Virus record (IMG/VR): IMGVR_UViG_3300043416_000072 | Span: 1-34,046 of that record | DNA length: 34,046 bases | Strand: one strand, 5' to 3' | Source of the DNA: a virus | Taxonomy: Duplodnaviria > Caudoviricetes | Translations under genes and position numbers: made by a program | Notes under the pieces: model-generated | What the model saw: only the letters and a program-made list of their open reading frames with translations | Database searches by the model: none | What the model was told of the DNA's origin: nothing | In this document: positions 23,518 to 32,509 of the stretch, one piece after another | Layout: each line of letters starts with the position of its first letter | Position numbering within the stretch: position 1 is the first letter of the stretch

Positions 23518-23813
23518 CAGCCGCTTGGACTCGTAACGAGGGCAAAAGTGCCAAAGGCGGGCTGAATGAAAAGGGCCGCAAGTCCTATGAAGCAGCCAAC
23601 CCCGGTAGCAACCTGAAGCCTCCAGTTAAGGCTGGCGACAATCCCCGTAGAGCATCATTCTTGGCTCGTATGGGCAATATGCCGGGGCCAGAGCGCCAAC
23701 CAGACGGAAGCCCAACACGCTTGTTGCAAAGCCTTCAAGCATGGGGCGCAAGTTCAAAGACAGACGCCAAGGCAAAAGCCAAGGCCATCTCTGAGCGCAA
23801 CAAAAAGAAGTGA
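23514..23813 (+). CDS. Basic phage protein (DUF6321-like)
   Basis: GGLNEKGRKSY...RRASFLARM...SLQAW motifs. Confidence 0.75.
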   Translation: MTAAWTRNEGKSAKGGLNEKGRKSYEAANPGSNLKPPVKAGDNPRRASFLARMGNMPGPERQPDGSPTRLLQSLQAWGASSKTDAKAKAKAISERNKKK

Positions 23814-23875
23814 GATTAACAACCCGCTGACGTGAGTCTGCACTAACTTGACCAACCTACGGGAGTCAAACCAAG

Positions 23876-24214
23876 ATGAATAAATTAGAGAGCGACAATT
23901 CTGCGAACTTAACCAACCGAGGCCGAGGAAGACCACCGGGAAGCGTTAACAAGGCCACCAAGACGTTTAGAGAGACTGTCAGTAGGTTGCTAGAGGATAA
24001 CGCTGAAAACGTCTCTAAGTGGCTTACAGAGGTTGCCGAAGGAAGTGTCGAGAAAGAACTGAAGGCAGACCCCAAGGGCGCTTTGACACTTCTGGCCCAA
24101 ATGGCTGAATACGCTACGCCAAAGCTAAACCGCACTGAGGTAACAGGTGACGGTGGTGGGCCAGTAGAGATTTCAAGCATCCAAATCAAACTGGTCAAGC
24201 CGAATGAATCTTGA
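23876..24214 (+). CDS. terS: Terminase small subunit (putative)
   Basis: GRPPGSVNK N-terminal motif and PKL...EVTGDGGGPV C-terminus; directly upstream of TerL. Confidence 0.75.
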   Translation: MNKLESDNSANLTNRGRGRPPGSVNKATKTFRETVSRLLEDNAENVSKWLTEVAEGSVEKELKADPKGALTLLAQMAEYATPKLNRTEVTGDGGGPVEISSIQIKLVKPNES

Positions 24215-25454
24215 ACTGGATTTCCCTGAGAAGTTGGGATTCCTGTTTGAGCCGCACCGATACAAGATTCTTTATGGTGGCCGTGGTTCATCTAAGTCTT
24301 GGTCTGTTGCCCGTGCGTTGATAACAATTGCCGTACAGAAGAAGACTCGAATCCTTTGCGCCCGTGAGTTACAGAATTCAATCTCTGATTCTGTGATTGC
24401 CTTGCTTGGCGACCAGATTAAGGTGATGGGACTTGAATCCTTCTTTGACGTACAGCGTACCGCTATCTATGGCAAGAACGGGTCTGAGTTCAGCTTTGCG
24501 GGTTTAAAGCACAACGTCACCTCAATCAAGTCGTTTGAAGGCGTGGATGTTTGCTGGATTGAAGAAGGCCAAGCCGTATCAAAGGTTTCATGGGAAACGC
24601 TGATTCCAACGATCCGTAAGCCTGATTCTGAGATTTGGGTGACGTTTAACCCTGACCTTGATACTGACGAGACTTATAAGCGTTTCGTGGTCAACCCTCC
24701 ACCAAAGGCCAAAGTCGCTAAAGTAAACTGGTCTGATAACCCTTGGTTCCCTCAAGTCCTGAAGGATGAGATGGAAGACCTGAAGGTAAAGAACATTGAT
24801 TCTTACCTAAACGTCTGGGAGGGGCACACACGCCAAATGCTTGATGGCGCTGTGTACGCTAACGAACTAAGGAAAGCCCAAGAAGAAGGGCGAATTCGTG
24901 AGCTGACTATTGACAAGTCCATTCCTGTTCAGACATTTTTTGACCTTGGATGGGCTGACATGACCTCGATTTGGTTCGTTCAAGTCATTGCTGGCGGTGA
25001 GATCAGGGTGATTGACTTCTACCAGAACTGCCAGAAAACCATTGACCATTACGCCCAGGTGCTGCAAGACAAGGGATATATCTACAAGGATTGGTGGTTG
25101 CCGCATGATGCTGAACACAAGAACATGACGGGTAAGTCTGTGAAGGATATTCTTGAGGGCATGGGTAAACCAATCAGAATCACGCCAAAGCTATCGGTTG
25201 CTGATGGCATTAACGCTGCTAGAACATTGATGAACCGAGCGTTCTTTGACGAAACCAAGTGCGCTGATGGCTTGCAGAACTTGCGCCATTACCGTTATGA
25301 CGTTGATGCAAACACTAAGATGTTTAGCAATAAGCCATTGCACGATCAGCACTCACACGCTGCTGATGCTTGGCGATACGTTGCCGTTGGTCTTGACGAG
25401 AATGTCGGGACTTGGGGTAAGTCTATTAACAAAACTCCGAAATGGGTGGTCTAA
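24204..25454 (+). CDS. terL: Terminase large subunit, PBSX family
   Basis: Walker A YGGRGSSKS, Walker B WIEEG, TFNP, nuclease DLG and SHAADAWRY. Confidence 0.96.
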   Translation: MNLELDFPEKLGFLFEPHRYKILYGGRGSSKSWSVARALITIAVQKKTRILCARELQNSISDSVIALLGDQIKVMGLESFFDVQRTAIYGKNGSEFSFAGLKHNVTSIKSFEGVDVCWIEEGQAVSKVSWETLIPTIRKPDSEIWVTFNPDLDTDETYKRFVVNPPPKAKVAKVNWSDNPWFPQVLKDEMEDLKVKNIDSYLNVWEGHTRQMLDGAVYANELRKAQEEGRIRELTIDKSIPVQTFFDLGWADMTSIWFVQVIAGGEIRVIDFYQNCQKTIDHYAQVLQDKGYIYKDWWLPHDAEHKNMTGKSVKDILEGMGKPIRITPKLSVADGINAARTLMNRAFFDETKCADGLQNLRHYRYDVDANTKMFSNKPLHDQHSHAADAWRYVAVGLDENVGTWGKSINKTPKWVV

Positions 25455-25610
25455 ATGTTCATGATGCGACAAGGTGATATTACTAACGCCAAACGGGTGG
25501 ATGAGCTTGAAAAGCGCATAGAAATGCTTGAAAATGTGGTAAAGGCGTTACAATCACAAGAACGCCCAAAGGTCGGGCGACCACCAAAGGTCAAAGATGA
25601 GCCAAAATAG
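25455..25610 (+). CDS. 51-aa coiled-coil protein with AT-hook-like GRPPK tail; not in ORF track
   Basis: MFMMRQGDITNAKRVDELEKRIEMLENVVKALQSQERPKVGRPPKVKDEPK fills the TerL-portal gap. Confidence 0.65.
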   Translation: MFMMRQGDITNAKRVDELEKRIEMLENVVKALQSQERPKVGRPPKVKDEPK

Positions 25611-27744
25611 CTTAAAAGCCGCAGTCCAAGCAGCCGTGGACGATTCTATCGGCTTTATTGAAAGCGAAACAGTTGAAATGCGTAAGCAGGCTCTCCAAGC
25701 CTATTTGCGTCAGCCATATGGCAACGAATCAGAGGGGAAGTCCTCTATAGTTACTGGCGAAGTAGCTGAAGCCATTGATGGCGCTTTGCCTGCTTTGATT
25801 CGTATCTTTACCGGCTCTGATGAGATTGTTGTTGCTGACCCTGTTGGCCCAGGCGATGAAGCTGGTGCAAAGCAAGCAACGGACTACCTGAACTACATCT
25901 TCTTGAAAGATAACCCCGGCGTTATCATCATGCACGATTGGTTCTTTGATGCCTTGCTTCAAAAGAACGGTATTGTCAAAGCAGTTTGGGAAGACAAAGA
26001 AGACGTTACTAAAGAAACCTACGAAGGTCTCTCTGATGACGAACTAGCCATGATGCTTCAGGACGAAAGCATTGAGGTTGTAGAGCAAGACACTGTTACC
26101 AATCCTATCCTTGACCCGATGGGCAATCCTGTCTTTGACGAAACAGGCGCACCAGCTACGTATAGCATCCATGACGTAAAGATCAAGAAGGTTCTTAACT
26201 CTGGCAAGGTCAAGATTTCCAACATTCCGCCTGAAGAATTCCTGATTGCCAAATCTGGCCGCACGGTCAAGGATTCGCCATTCGTGGCACATCGCCGGAT
26301 GATTACCCGTAGCGCATTGATTGCAATGGGCTTTGCTGACGATGTTGTGAACAGCTTGCCAACAGGTGACGCGCTGGCTTACACGCCAGAACGAGTCGCT
26401 CGATTCGCTCCCGGTGAACAGCCATACGACACAGAGCCAAACGATTCTTCAATGCAAGAGATTGAAGTGTTTGAGTGCTATATCTACTACGATGCTGACG
26501 AAGACGGCATTGCTGAGTTGCATCAAGTTTTCTACGCTGGCAACGACATTCTGAGTGACGAAGAAACAGATTACGTTCCTTTCTACTCAGTCTGCCCTCT
26601 GCCAATTCCGCACAAGTTCTTTGGCAACTCGCTTGCTGACCGCACTGTTGACCTGCAACTGACAAAGACAACTGTTACCCGTCAGATGCTTGACAATATG
26701 TATCTGACCAACAATGCCCGAGTAACGGCTGTTGAAGGCCAGGTTAACCTTGATGACCTGCTGACCTCTACCGCTGGTGGCGTTATCCGCACCAAGTCTC
26801 AAGGTGCTGTGTCTCAGTTGGTCGTTCAAAACATGGCCTCACAGTCGTTCCCAATGCTGCAATACTTGGATTCTGTTCAAGCAAAGCGCACTGGCGTGAC
26901 AGAGTTGTCGCAAGGTCTTGATGCAAACATCCTGCAAAACGTGACTGCTGCTGCCGTTGCTGCAATGCAACAAGCTGGCTCTGGCAAGATTGAACTGATT
27001 GCCCGTATCTTTGCTGAATCAGGCGTGAAAGAGCTTTTCGAAGGCATCATGCACTTGGTTAGCAAGTACCAGCAGAAAGAGCGCATCATCCGTTTGCGTG
27101 GCGGGTATGTAACTGTTGACCCGCGTACATGGGCAAACAAGTTTGACATCTCTATTAACGTGGGCTTGGGTAACGGCAACCGCGATCAGCAAATGGCAAT
27201 GTTGCAGATGGTCATGGCAAAGCAAGAGCAAATGATTGCTCAGTACGGGCCAGCTAACCCGCTTGTGAGCCTTGGTCAGTATCGTGGCACTCTTGGCCGC
27301 ATGGTTGAAGCTGCTGGCTTTAAGGATTCTGCTGAGTTCTTCAAGCCAATCAGCCCAGAGCAAGACCAGCAACTGTCTAACCCACCACCGCAGCAAGAAC
27401 CACAAATGTCGCCTGAAGTGCAAGCGTACATGGCAAAGACTCAGGCTGAGATTCAAGCGCAACAAGCTAAGTTCCAAGCCGATATGCAAATGCAACAAGC
27501 AAAGATGCAAGCTGATATGCAATTTGAGCGTGAAAAGGCGGCTCTTGAGTTGCAACTTCAGCGTGAAAAAGCCGCTGCTGAGTTGGAAATCATGCGTGAG
27601 AAAGAAGCCTCAAAACTTCAGCTTGAGCGTGAGAAGATGAATATGCACTTTGTCATGAAGCAACAAGAGTTTGAAGCAGAAGCGCAATTGAAGGCTATGA
27701 AGGTCGGTGCTGGCATCACATCAAACGTGGAGATTCCCGGATGA
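25597..27744 (+). CDS. Portal protein (P22-like, with long Gln-rich C-terminal barrel)
   Basis: 715 aa following TerL; DALLQKNGIVK, PPEEFLI, PHKFFG, Q/E-rich coiled-coil tail. Confidence 0.92.
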   Translation: MSQNSLKAAVQAAVDDSIGFIESETVEMRKQALQAYLRQPYGNESEGKSSIVTGEVAEAIDGALPALIRIFTGSDEIVVADPVGPGDEAGAKQATDYLNYIFLKDNPGVIIMHDWFFDALLQKNGIVKAVWEDKEDVTKETYEGLSDDELAMMLQDESIEVVEQDTVTNPILDPMGNPVFDETGAPATYSIHDVKIKKVLNSGKVKISNIPPEEFLIAKSGRTVKDSPFVAHRRMITRSALIAMGFADDVVNSLPTGDALAYTPERVARFAPGEQPYDTEPNDSSMQEIEVFECYIYYDADEDGIAELHQVFYAGNDILSDEETDYVPFYSVCPLPIPHKFFGNSLADRTVDLQLTKTTVTRQMLDNMYLTNNARVTAVEGQVNLDDLLTSTAGGVIRTKSQGAVSQLVVQNMASQSFPMLQYLDSVQAKRTGVTELSQGLDANILQNVTAAAVAAMQQAGSGKIELIARIFAESGVKELFEGIMHLVSKYQQKERIIRLRGGYVTVDPRTWANKFDISINVGLGNGNRDQQMAMLQMVMAKQEQMIAQYGPANPLVSLGQYRGTLGRMVEAAGFKDSAEFFKPISPEQDQQLSNPPPQQEPQMSPEVQAYMAKTQAEIQAQQAKFQADMQMQQAKMQADMQFEREKAALELQLQREKAAAELEIMREKEASKLQLEREKMNMHFVMKQQEFEAEAQLKAMKVGAGITSNVEIPG

Positions 27745-28151
27745 TTGACGAAACAGAGCAACAAGAGGTGATGCGGATTGCCTCTGATTACTTCTTGCAA
27801 GAGTTAGGCTCTCAAGAAGCTGCTGATGACGCAATGGCCAAGCTGGCAAGCCTTGTGCAAGAGGAAAGCGCAAAGCTGGTTCACATTGGTAATGTCTTGT
27901 TTTTGATTCTGGTTCGCGGCAAGAATGTTGTTGAAGTTCACACGATTGGTAGTGAGTCAAGCCCCCGTGAGTTAGCAAAAGACTTTGTTGACTTGGTGAG
28001 CTATCTGAAGAACATCAAAGTCAAGGTTGCCTACACATACAGCGAAGACAACAAGTTTGACCGCTTGGCAAAGATGACAGGCTTGCCCGTCAAAAAGAAG
28101 CAAACCCAAGTTGATGGCGAGTCCGTCAATGTTTACATCATGGAGTTCTAA
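27741..28151 (+). CDS. Hypothetical protein, possible GNAT-like fold
   Basis: 136 aa with an alpha/beta pattern (LFLILVRGKNVVEVHTI); ATGA-coupled to portal. Confidence 0.5.
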   Translation: MIDETEQQEVMRIASDYFLQELGSQEAADDAMAKLASLVQEESAKLVHIGNVLFLILVRGKNVVEVHTIGSESSPRELAKDFVDLVSYLKNIKVKVAYTYSEDNKFDRLAKMTGLPVKKKQTQVDGESVNVYIMEF

Positions 28152-29339
28152 ATGCCAGCAGTTGCCGTTGTTGCCGCAGTCACTGGAGCTTCAGCCGCTA
28201 TTGGCGCGGGTGTTGCTACTGCTATTGGTTTGGGTACTGTTGGCGCTGTTGCCGCTACCGCAATTGGTACTGGCGTTATTGCTGGTGGCATTACTGCTAT
28301 TCAAGGTGGGGACGTAAGCGATGTTCTTGAGTCGGCTGTTGTTGGTGGCGTTACGTCATTTGTTGGCGGTACTGTTGCTGGCGCTGTTGGCAGCACCGTT
28401 GCCGAAGTAACCGGAAGCGAGATTGCTGGCGCTGCTTCAGGCGCTGCTGCTAGGACATTGGTAACTGGTGGCGACTCTGAGGATGCCCTGACAAGCGGCT
28501 TGCTTGGTGGCGTAGGTGCTGGCATTAAAGGCTTAGAACAAGACTTGCGCCAAGAAGAATTTGATACGGAAATGACTGAAAGCGGCCTTGCTGGTCAAAC
28601 AGAAACCAGACCAAGCGACTTTTTCTTGGAGCCTGCTGTTACGGAAGCGCCAACGATCAGTGAGATTATTGCTGGCTTGCAACCAGTTGAAGCGGACTAT
28701 TCTTTGGGTAGTACGGCTAACGCTGACGTTGTTGACGGCTTTGGCCTGACTCCTGATTTGTCAGCCACTATTGGTGATCCAAACTCGTTTATCAATCAGC
28801 CAGCGCCTGAGATCAATTACACGCTGCCAGAGTTTACGGACTTGCCGCCGGTTGATAACTCCGCCGAACTTGCCGCTTTGGGTGTTGCTAAAAGTGCTGT
28901 TCCAGCCGTTATCAACGCCATTGCCGCTAATAACTCAGTGCCAGAAGAAGACCCAATTACGGGTTTTGGCATCGTTCCTATTCCTGGTGACTGGCGCTCG
29001 CCAACATACAACCAAGAATTTACTCCCTCTGCGCCGATTGACTTTGGGTCTTTGGAGTTGCTCAAAGGAACGCAGTTTGAACGTCCGTCAATGGACATTT
29101 CTAGCCTCATGAATGTTTTGAACAGCCAAAGCCTTCAGCCCCAAGCCGCGCCTCAGTTTGGTATGAATGAAATTGTGGGCAGCATCAATGATGTACCAAT
29201 GTCCATTAACGACATCATCAACAACATTGGCAACTACCAGCAGCGACCATTTGACGCTAACCAAACCATTGGACAGCTAAACGGTTCACCCGCTTCTTTG
29301 AACAGCATCATTGCAGGGATACAAAGCCAGTATGGATAA
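28152..29339 (+). CDS. Gly/Ala-rich hydrophobic N-terminus plus acidic C-terminus; possible pilot/ejection protein
   Basis: 395 aa with many GxxxG motifs in the first 125 aa. Confidence 0.55.
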   Translation: MPAVAVVAAVTGASAAIGAGVATAIGLGTVGAVAATAIGTGVIAGGITAIQGGDVSDVLESAVVGGVTSFVGGTVAGAVGSTVAEVTGSEIAGAASGAAARTLVTGGDSEDALTSGLLGGVGAGIKGLEQDLRQEEFDTEMTESGLAGQTETRPSDFFLEPAVTEAPTISEIIAGLQPVEADYSLGSTANADVVDGFGLTPDLSATIGDPNSFINQPAPEINYTLPEFTDLPPVDNSAELAALGVAKSAVPAVINAIAANNSVPEEDPITGFGIVPIPGDWRSPTYNQEFTPSAPIDFGSLELLKGTQFERPSMDISSLMNVLNSQSLQPQAAPQFGMNEIVGSINDVPMSINDIINNIGNYQQRPFDANQTIGQLNGSPASLNSIIAGIQSQYG

Positions 29340-29571
29340 AAACCTTCAAGCACAGTGGGCCAACAACCTGCTGGCCGATGACTTTTTCATAAAAGTCATG
29401 GATGATTTGAAAAATCAGCAGATTAGTGTGATAATTAACACTAATCGAGATGAGGTAGAGGAGCGTGAAGCTGCTTATAGCCACATTAAGACACTTGACC
29501 TGTTTGTTGGACACCTGCAAGGCATTGCCGCAGAAACCAAGATTCAAGAAAAAAAGTGGAAGATTCTGTAA
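29332..29571 (+). CDS. Small head-associated hypothetical protein preceding the scaffold
   Basis: MDKNLQAQWANNLLADDFF...EEREAAY; typical portal-scaffold spacer gene. Confidence 0.7.
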   Translation: MDKNLQAQWANNLLADDFFIKVMDDLKNQQISVIINTNRDEVEEREAAYSHIKTLDLFVGHLQGIAAETKIQEKKWKIL

Positions 29572-29621
29572 CGAAAGTTACCCGCAGTCCAGACGGTTTC
29601 TGGTGAAAACTGAGATAGCAA

Positions 29622-30566
29622 ATGGAAAACACCAACCCGCAAGGGAGTGAAAGCCTGAACGTAAACCAAGCTGCCAATGCGTTTATGAGTTTGATGGGCG
29701 GTGACGAAGGAGCCTCTGAAGGCCAACCTGAAGAACCAACTGAAGAACTTGAAGCGGTTGAAGAAGCTGAGGATCAGTCCGAATATGAGGACGATCAAGA
29801 GCCAGTAGAGGAAGTAAAACCCCGATACAAGGCGAAAGTCGGTGGCGAGGAAGTCGAGGTTGAACTTGATGAACTTATCAACGGCTACCAGCGCAGCAAG
29901 GATTACACGCAAAAATCTCAAGCCCTAGCTGAACAGCGTAAAGCAATTGATGCTGAACGTGGTCACTTAGAGCAAGTGAAACAAGAGCGACAAGCATACG
30001 CCCAGAAACTGCAAGCACTCGATAGCTTCTTGAGCCAGCAGAACAAGGGTGAGGATTTAGAAGTTTTGAAAGAGACAGACCCTATCGGTTATGCCGTTAA
30101 GGTAGCGGAACAGAGTCAGCGTGAGAAGCAGTTAGCAGTAGTAAGAGCCGAACAGCAACGCATTGCCCAACAGCAACAAGCGGAGCAACAGCAAAACCTG
30201 CAAAACCATCTCAAGTCTGAATCTCAAAAGCTAGCGTCTGTTATCCCAGAACTGAACACGCCAAAAGGTGATGCAATCCGGAAAGAAATCCGTGAATATG
30301 CAAAGTCTGTTGGTTGGTCAGATCAAGAGCTCTCCTCAGTGTATGACCATCGCGCTGTGCTGACTTTGTATAAAGCAATGAAGTTTGAGCAACTTCAAAA
30401 AGGTAAGCCGGAGACTTTGAAGAAAGTCCAGCAAGCCCCAAAGATGCTCAAACCCGGAACTTCAACGCCAAACACTAAGTCGTCACAAGAAAAGCAAGTG
30501 ATGCAAAAGCTGCGTCAATCCGGCAAAGTCCGTGATGCTGCTGCTGCATTTGAACGATTCCTTTAA
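29622..30566 (+). CDS. Capsid scaffolding protein
   Basis: Acidic N-terminus, KVGGEEVEVELDELINGYQRSKDYTQKSQ motif, coiled coil; immediately upstream of the major capsid gene. Confidence 0.88.
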   Translation: MENTNPQGSESLNVNQAANAFMSLMGGDEGASEGQPEEPTEELEAVEEAEDQSEYEDDQEPVEEVKPRYKAKVGGEEVEVELDELINGYQRSKDYTQKSQALAEQRKAIDAERGHLEQVKQERQAYAQKLQALDSFLSQQNKGEDLEVLKETDPIGYAVKVAEQSQREKQLAVVRAEQQRIAQQQQAEQQQNLQNHLKSESQKLASVIPELNTPKGDAIRKEIREYAKSVGWSDQELSSVYDHRAVLTLYKAMKFEQLQKGKPETLKKVQQAPKMLKPGTSTPNTKSSQEKQVMQKLRQSGKVRDAAAAFERFL

Positions 30567-30584
30567 ATTTTTGGAGCTTTAATC

Positions 30585-31529
30585 ATGGCAACCTACCAAA
30601 CCTACACGGCCATTGGCCTGCGTGAAGACTTGACCGATGTTATCTATAACATCTCTCCCACCGACACTCCTTTCATGTCGTCTATCGGCAAGAACAAAGC
30701 GTCTGCAACTTACCATGAGTGGCAAACTGACTCGTTGGCTGCTGCTGCTTTGGGCGGCGCTGTTGAAGGTGCTGACGCATCGACAATCACCGCATCGCCA
30801 ACAACCCGTATCGGCAACCGTACACAGATTTTCACTAAGTCTGTTGCTGTGGCTGGCACTTTGGAAGCAGTTGACAAAGCTGGCCGTAAGTCTGAAAAGG
30901 CTTATCAGTTGGCTAAAGTTTCGGCTGAACTGAAGCGCAACATTGAACTGACCCTGTTGTCTAACCAAGTTTCGTCTGCTGGCAACTCCAGCACCGCACG
31001 CACCTTGGGTGGCTTGCAGGCTTGGTTGAACACCAACTATGACGGCGGCACTTCTGGCGTGGCTGGCTCTGGCGGTACTACTGCCCGTACTGATGGTACT
31101 GACCGTACTTTCACCGAAGCCATCCTGAAAACCGTGATTGCTGAAGTCTATACCGCTGGTGGTATGCCTAAAGTGCTGATGGTCAACCCTGCTCACAAGC
31201 AGTTGGTCTCCGCATTTGCTGGTATTGCTGCACAGCGTTACATGGCTCCTTCCAACGAGCCAACCACCATTGTCGGCGCTGCTGACGTTTACATGAGCGA
31301 TTTCGGCACGATCTCCATCGTTCCTAACCGCTTCATGAACAGCACCAACGATGGTGACGAAACAGCCTTCTTGGTTGATCCAGATATGGCCGCTGTGTCT
31401 TACCTGCGTCCTTTCGAGACCATTGAATTGGCCAAGACTGGTGACAGCGAGAAGACCCAACTGTTGGCTGAATTGACTTTAGAGGTGAAAAATCAGGGAG
31501 CACATGGTATTATTGCCGACCTGAGCTGA
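30585..31529 (+). CDS. Major capsid protein (DUF5309/SU10-like)
   Basis: REDLTDVIYNISPTDTPF, HEWQTDSL, NRTQIFTK, LAKTGDSEK; strong codon bias; followed by a terminator. Confidence 0.92.
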   Translation: MATYQTYTAIGLREDLTDVIYNISPTDTPFMSSIGKNKASATYHEWQTDSLAAAALGGAVEGADASTITASPTTRIGNRTQIFTKSVAVAGTLEAVDKAGRKSEKAYQLAKVSAELKRNIELTLLSNQVSSAGNSSTARTLGGLQAWLNTNYDGGTSGVAGSGGTTARTDGTDRTFTEAILKTVIAEVYTAGGMPKVLMVNPAHKQLVSAFAGIAAQRYMAPSNEPTTIVGAADVYMSDFGTISIVPNRFMNSTNDGDETAFLVDPDMAAVSYLRPFETIELAKTGDSEKTQLLAELTLEVKNQGAHGIIADLS

Positions 31530-31552
31530 CACTTAGTTAAAATCTAAGCTAT

Positions 31553-31585
31553 AATGCCCCTGCATTAACTTGTAGGGGCATTTTT
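31553..31585 (+). terminator. Intrinsic terminator after the major capsid gene
   Basis: Stem AATGCCCCTGCA/TGTAGGGGCATT, loop TTAACT, then a T run. Confidence 0.8.
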
Positions 31586-32176
31586 ATGTGTGTTGTTGAA
31601 AACTGCAATGAGAAAGTACATGGACACGGGATGTGTCGGCATCACTATAACTCTTGGAAAACGCATGGCGATCCGCTTGCATCAAAAGAGCATTACGGGC
31701 CATTGTTAGAAAGATTTTTTAGGTATGCGAAAAAAGGCGTATCTGAAGATGATTGCTGGGAATGGACTGCCGCAAAAAATCCTCAAGGCTATGGGAAAAT
31801 AAGTATCGGTGCGCCAAGCCACAAGGTTGAGGGAGCGCATAGGGTTTCATGGATACTTCATAACAACTTAGAAATCCCTGCTGGATTGTTTGTTCTTCAT
31901 TCTTGCGACAACCCAGAATGCACAAACCCAAAGCATTTACGAGTTGGCACAAAGGCTGACAACATGAAAGATATGTACTCCAGAGCAAGGCAAGGCAAGC
32001 GCAATTTGCCAATTGGCGAAAAGAACAAAAAAGCAGTCTTGACAGTTGAAAAGGTTTTGCAGATTCGCTCAAGCACAAAGACAAATGGTCAATTGGCTGA
32101 AGAAATGGGAATTTCCAAGACTTGTGTAAGACTTGCAAGAATTGGCGAAACATGGTCTCATGTTCCATTTCTTTGA
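31586..32176 (+). CDS. HNH homing endonuclease
   Basis: CWEW...GYG...AHRVSW...VLHSCDNPECTNPKHLRVGT..DNMKD. Confidence 0.92.
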   Translation: MCVVENCNEKVHGHGMCRHHYNSWKTHGDPLASKEHYGPLLERFFRYAKKGVSEDDCWEWTAAKNPQGYGKISIGAPSHKVEGAHRVSWILHNNLEIPAGLFVLHSCDNPECTNPKHLRVGTKADNMKDMYSRARQGKRNLPIGEKNKKAVLTVEKVLQIRSSTKTNGQLAEEMGISKTCVRLARIGETWSHVPFL

Positions 32177-32197
32177 TAACTATCGTAAAATACAACT

Positions 32198-32509
32198 ATG
32201 GAAAACCCTACGTTTCGTAAATCTGTTGCTCACGCTGATGGTGATGGTGGCTTGGTCATTCACACTGCCCAGGATGTTTCTGCCATCATTGAGCGCAATA
32301 AAAAAGAATTCAACAGCTATGACGAACGGGCCAAGTGGTCTGATGAGATTTATGGCAACAAAGTAGCGTCAATTCCTTTGACCGCTATTGATGAGCTAAA
32401 CCATAAAGGCATCATGCGTGGCTTCCATGTTCTTGATAACGCTCGATTTGCAATGTGGTTAAACGATGCAAATAACAGGGCGTGGCGAACACGTCCGGGA
32501 AAAATCTAA
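32198..32509 (+). CDS. Conserved post-capsid hypothetical protein
   Basis: QDVSAIIERNK...KVASIP...WLND..NRAWRT motifs. Confidence 0.75.
   Translation: MENPTFRKSVAHADGDGGLVIHTAQDVSAIIERNKKEFNSYDERAKWSDEIYGNKVASIPLTAIDELNHKGIMRGFHVLDNARFAMWLNDANNRAWRTRPGKI

Noticed and set aside
23695-23711. GC-CAA-CC-AGAC-GG-AA-GC near-match to the RNA motif
   Set aside because: It needs an extra bulged A, has only a 2-bp lower stem, and lies inside a coding region; kept as a near miss only.
30579-31460. 293-aa minus-strand ORF opposite the capsid gene
   Set aside because: A typical antisense open frame produced by strong codon bias in the capsid gene.
32197-32210. TATGGAAAACCCTA as a fourth operator box
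   Set aside because: It is one base shorter than the 15-bp boxes, overlaps a start codon, and lacks a -10 at the 22-24 nt spacing; it may be coincidental.
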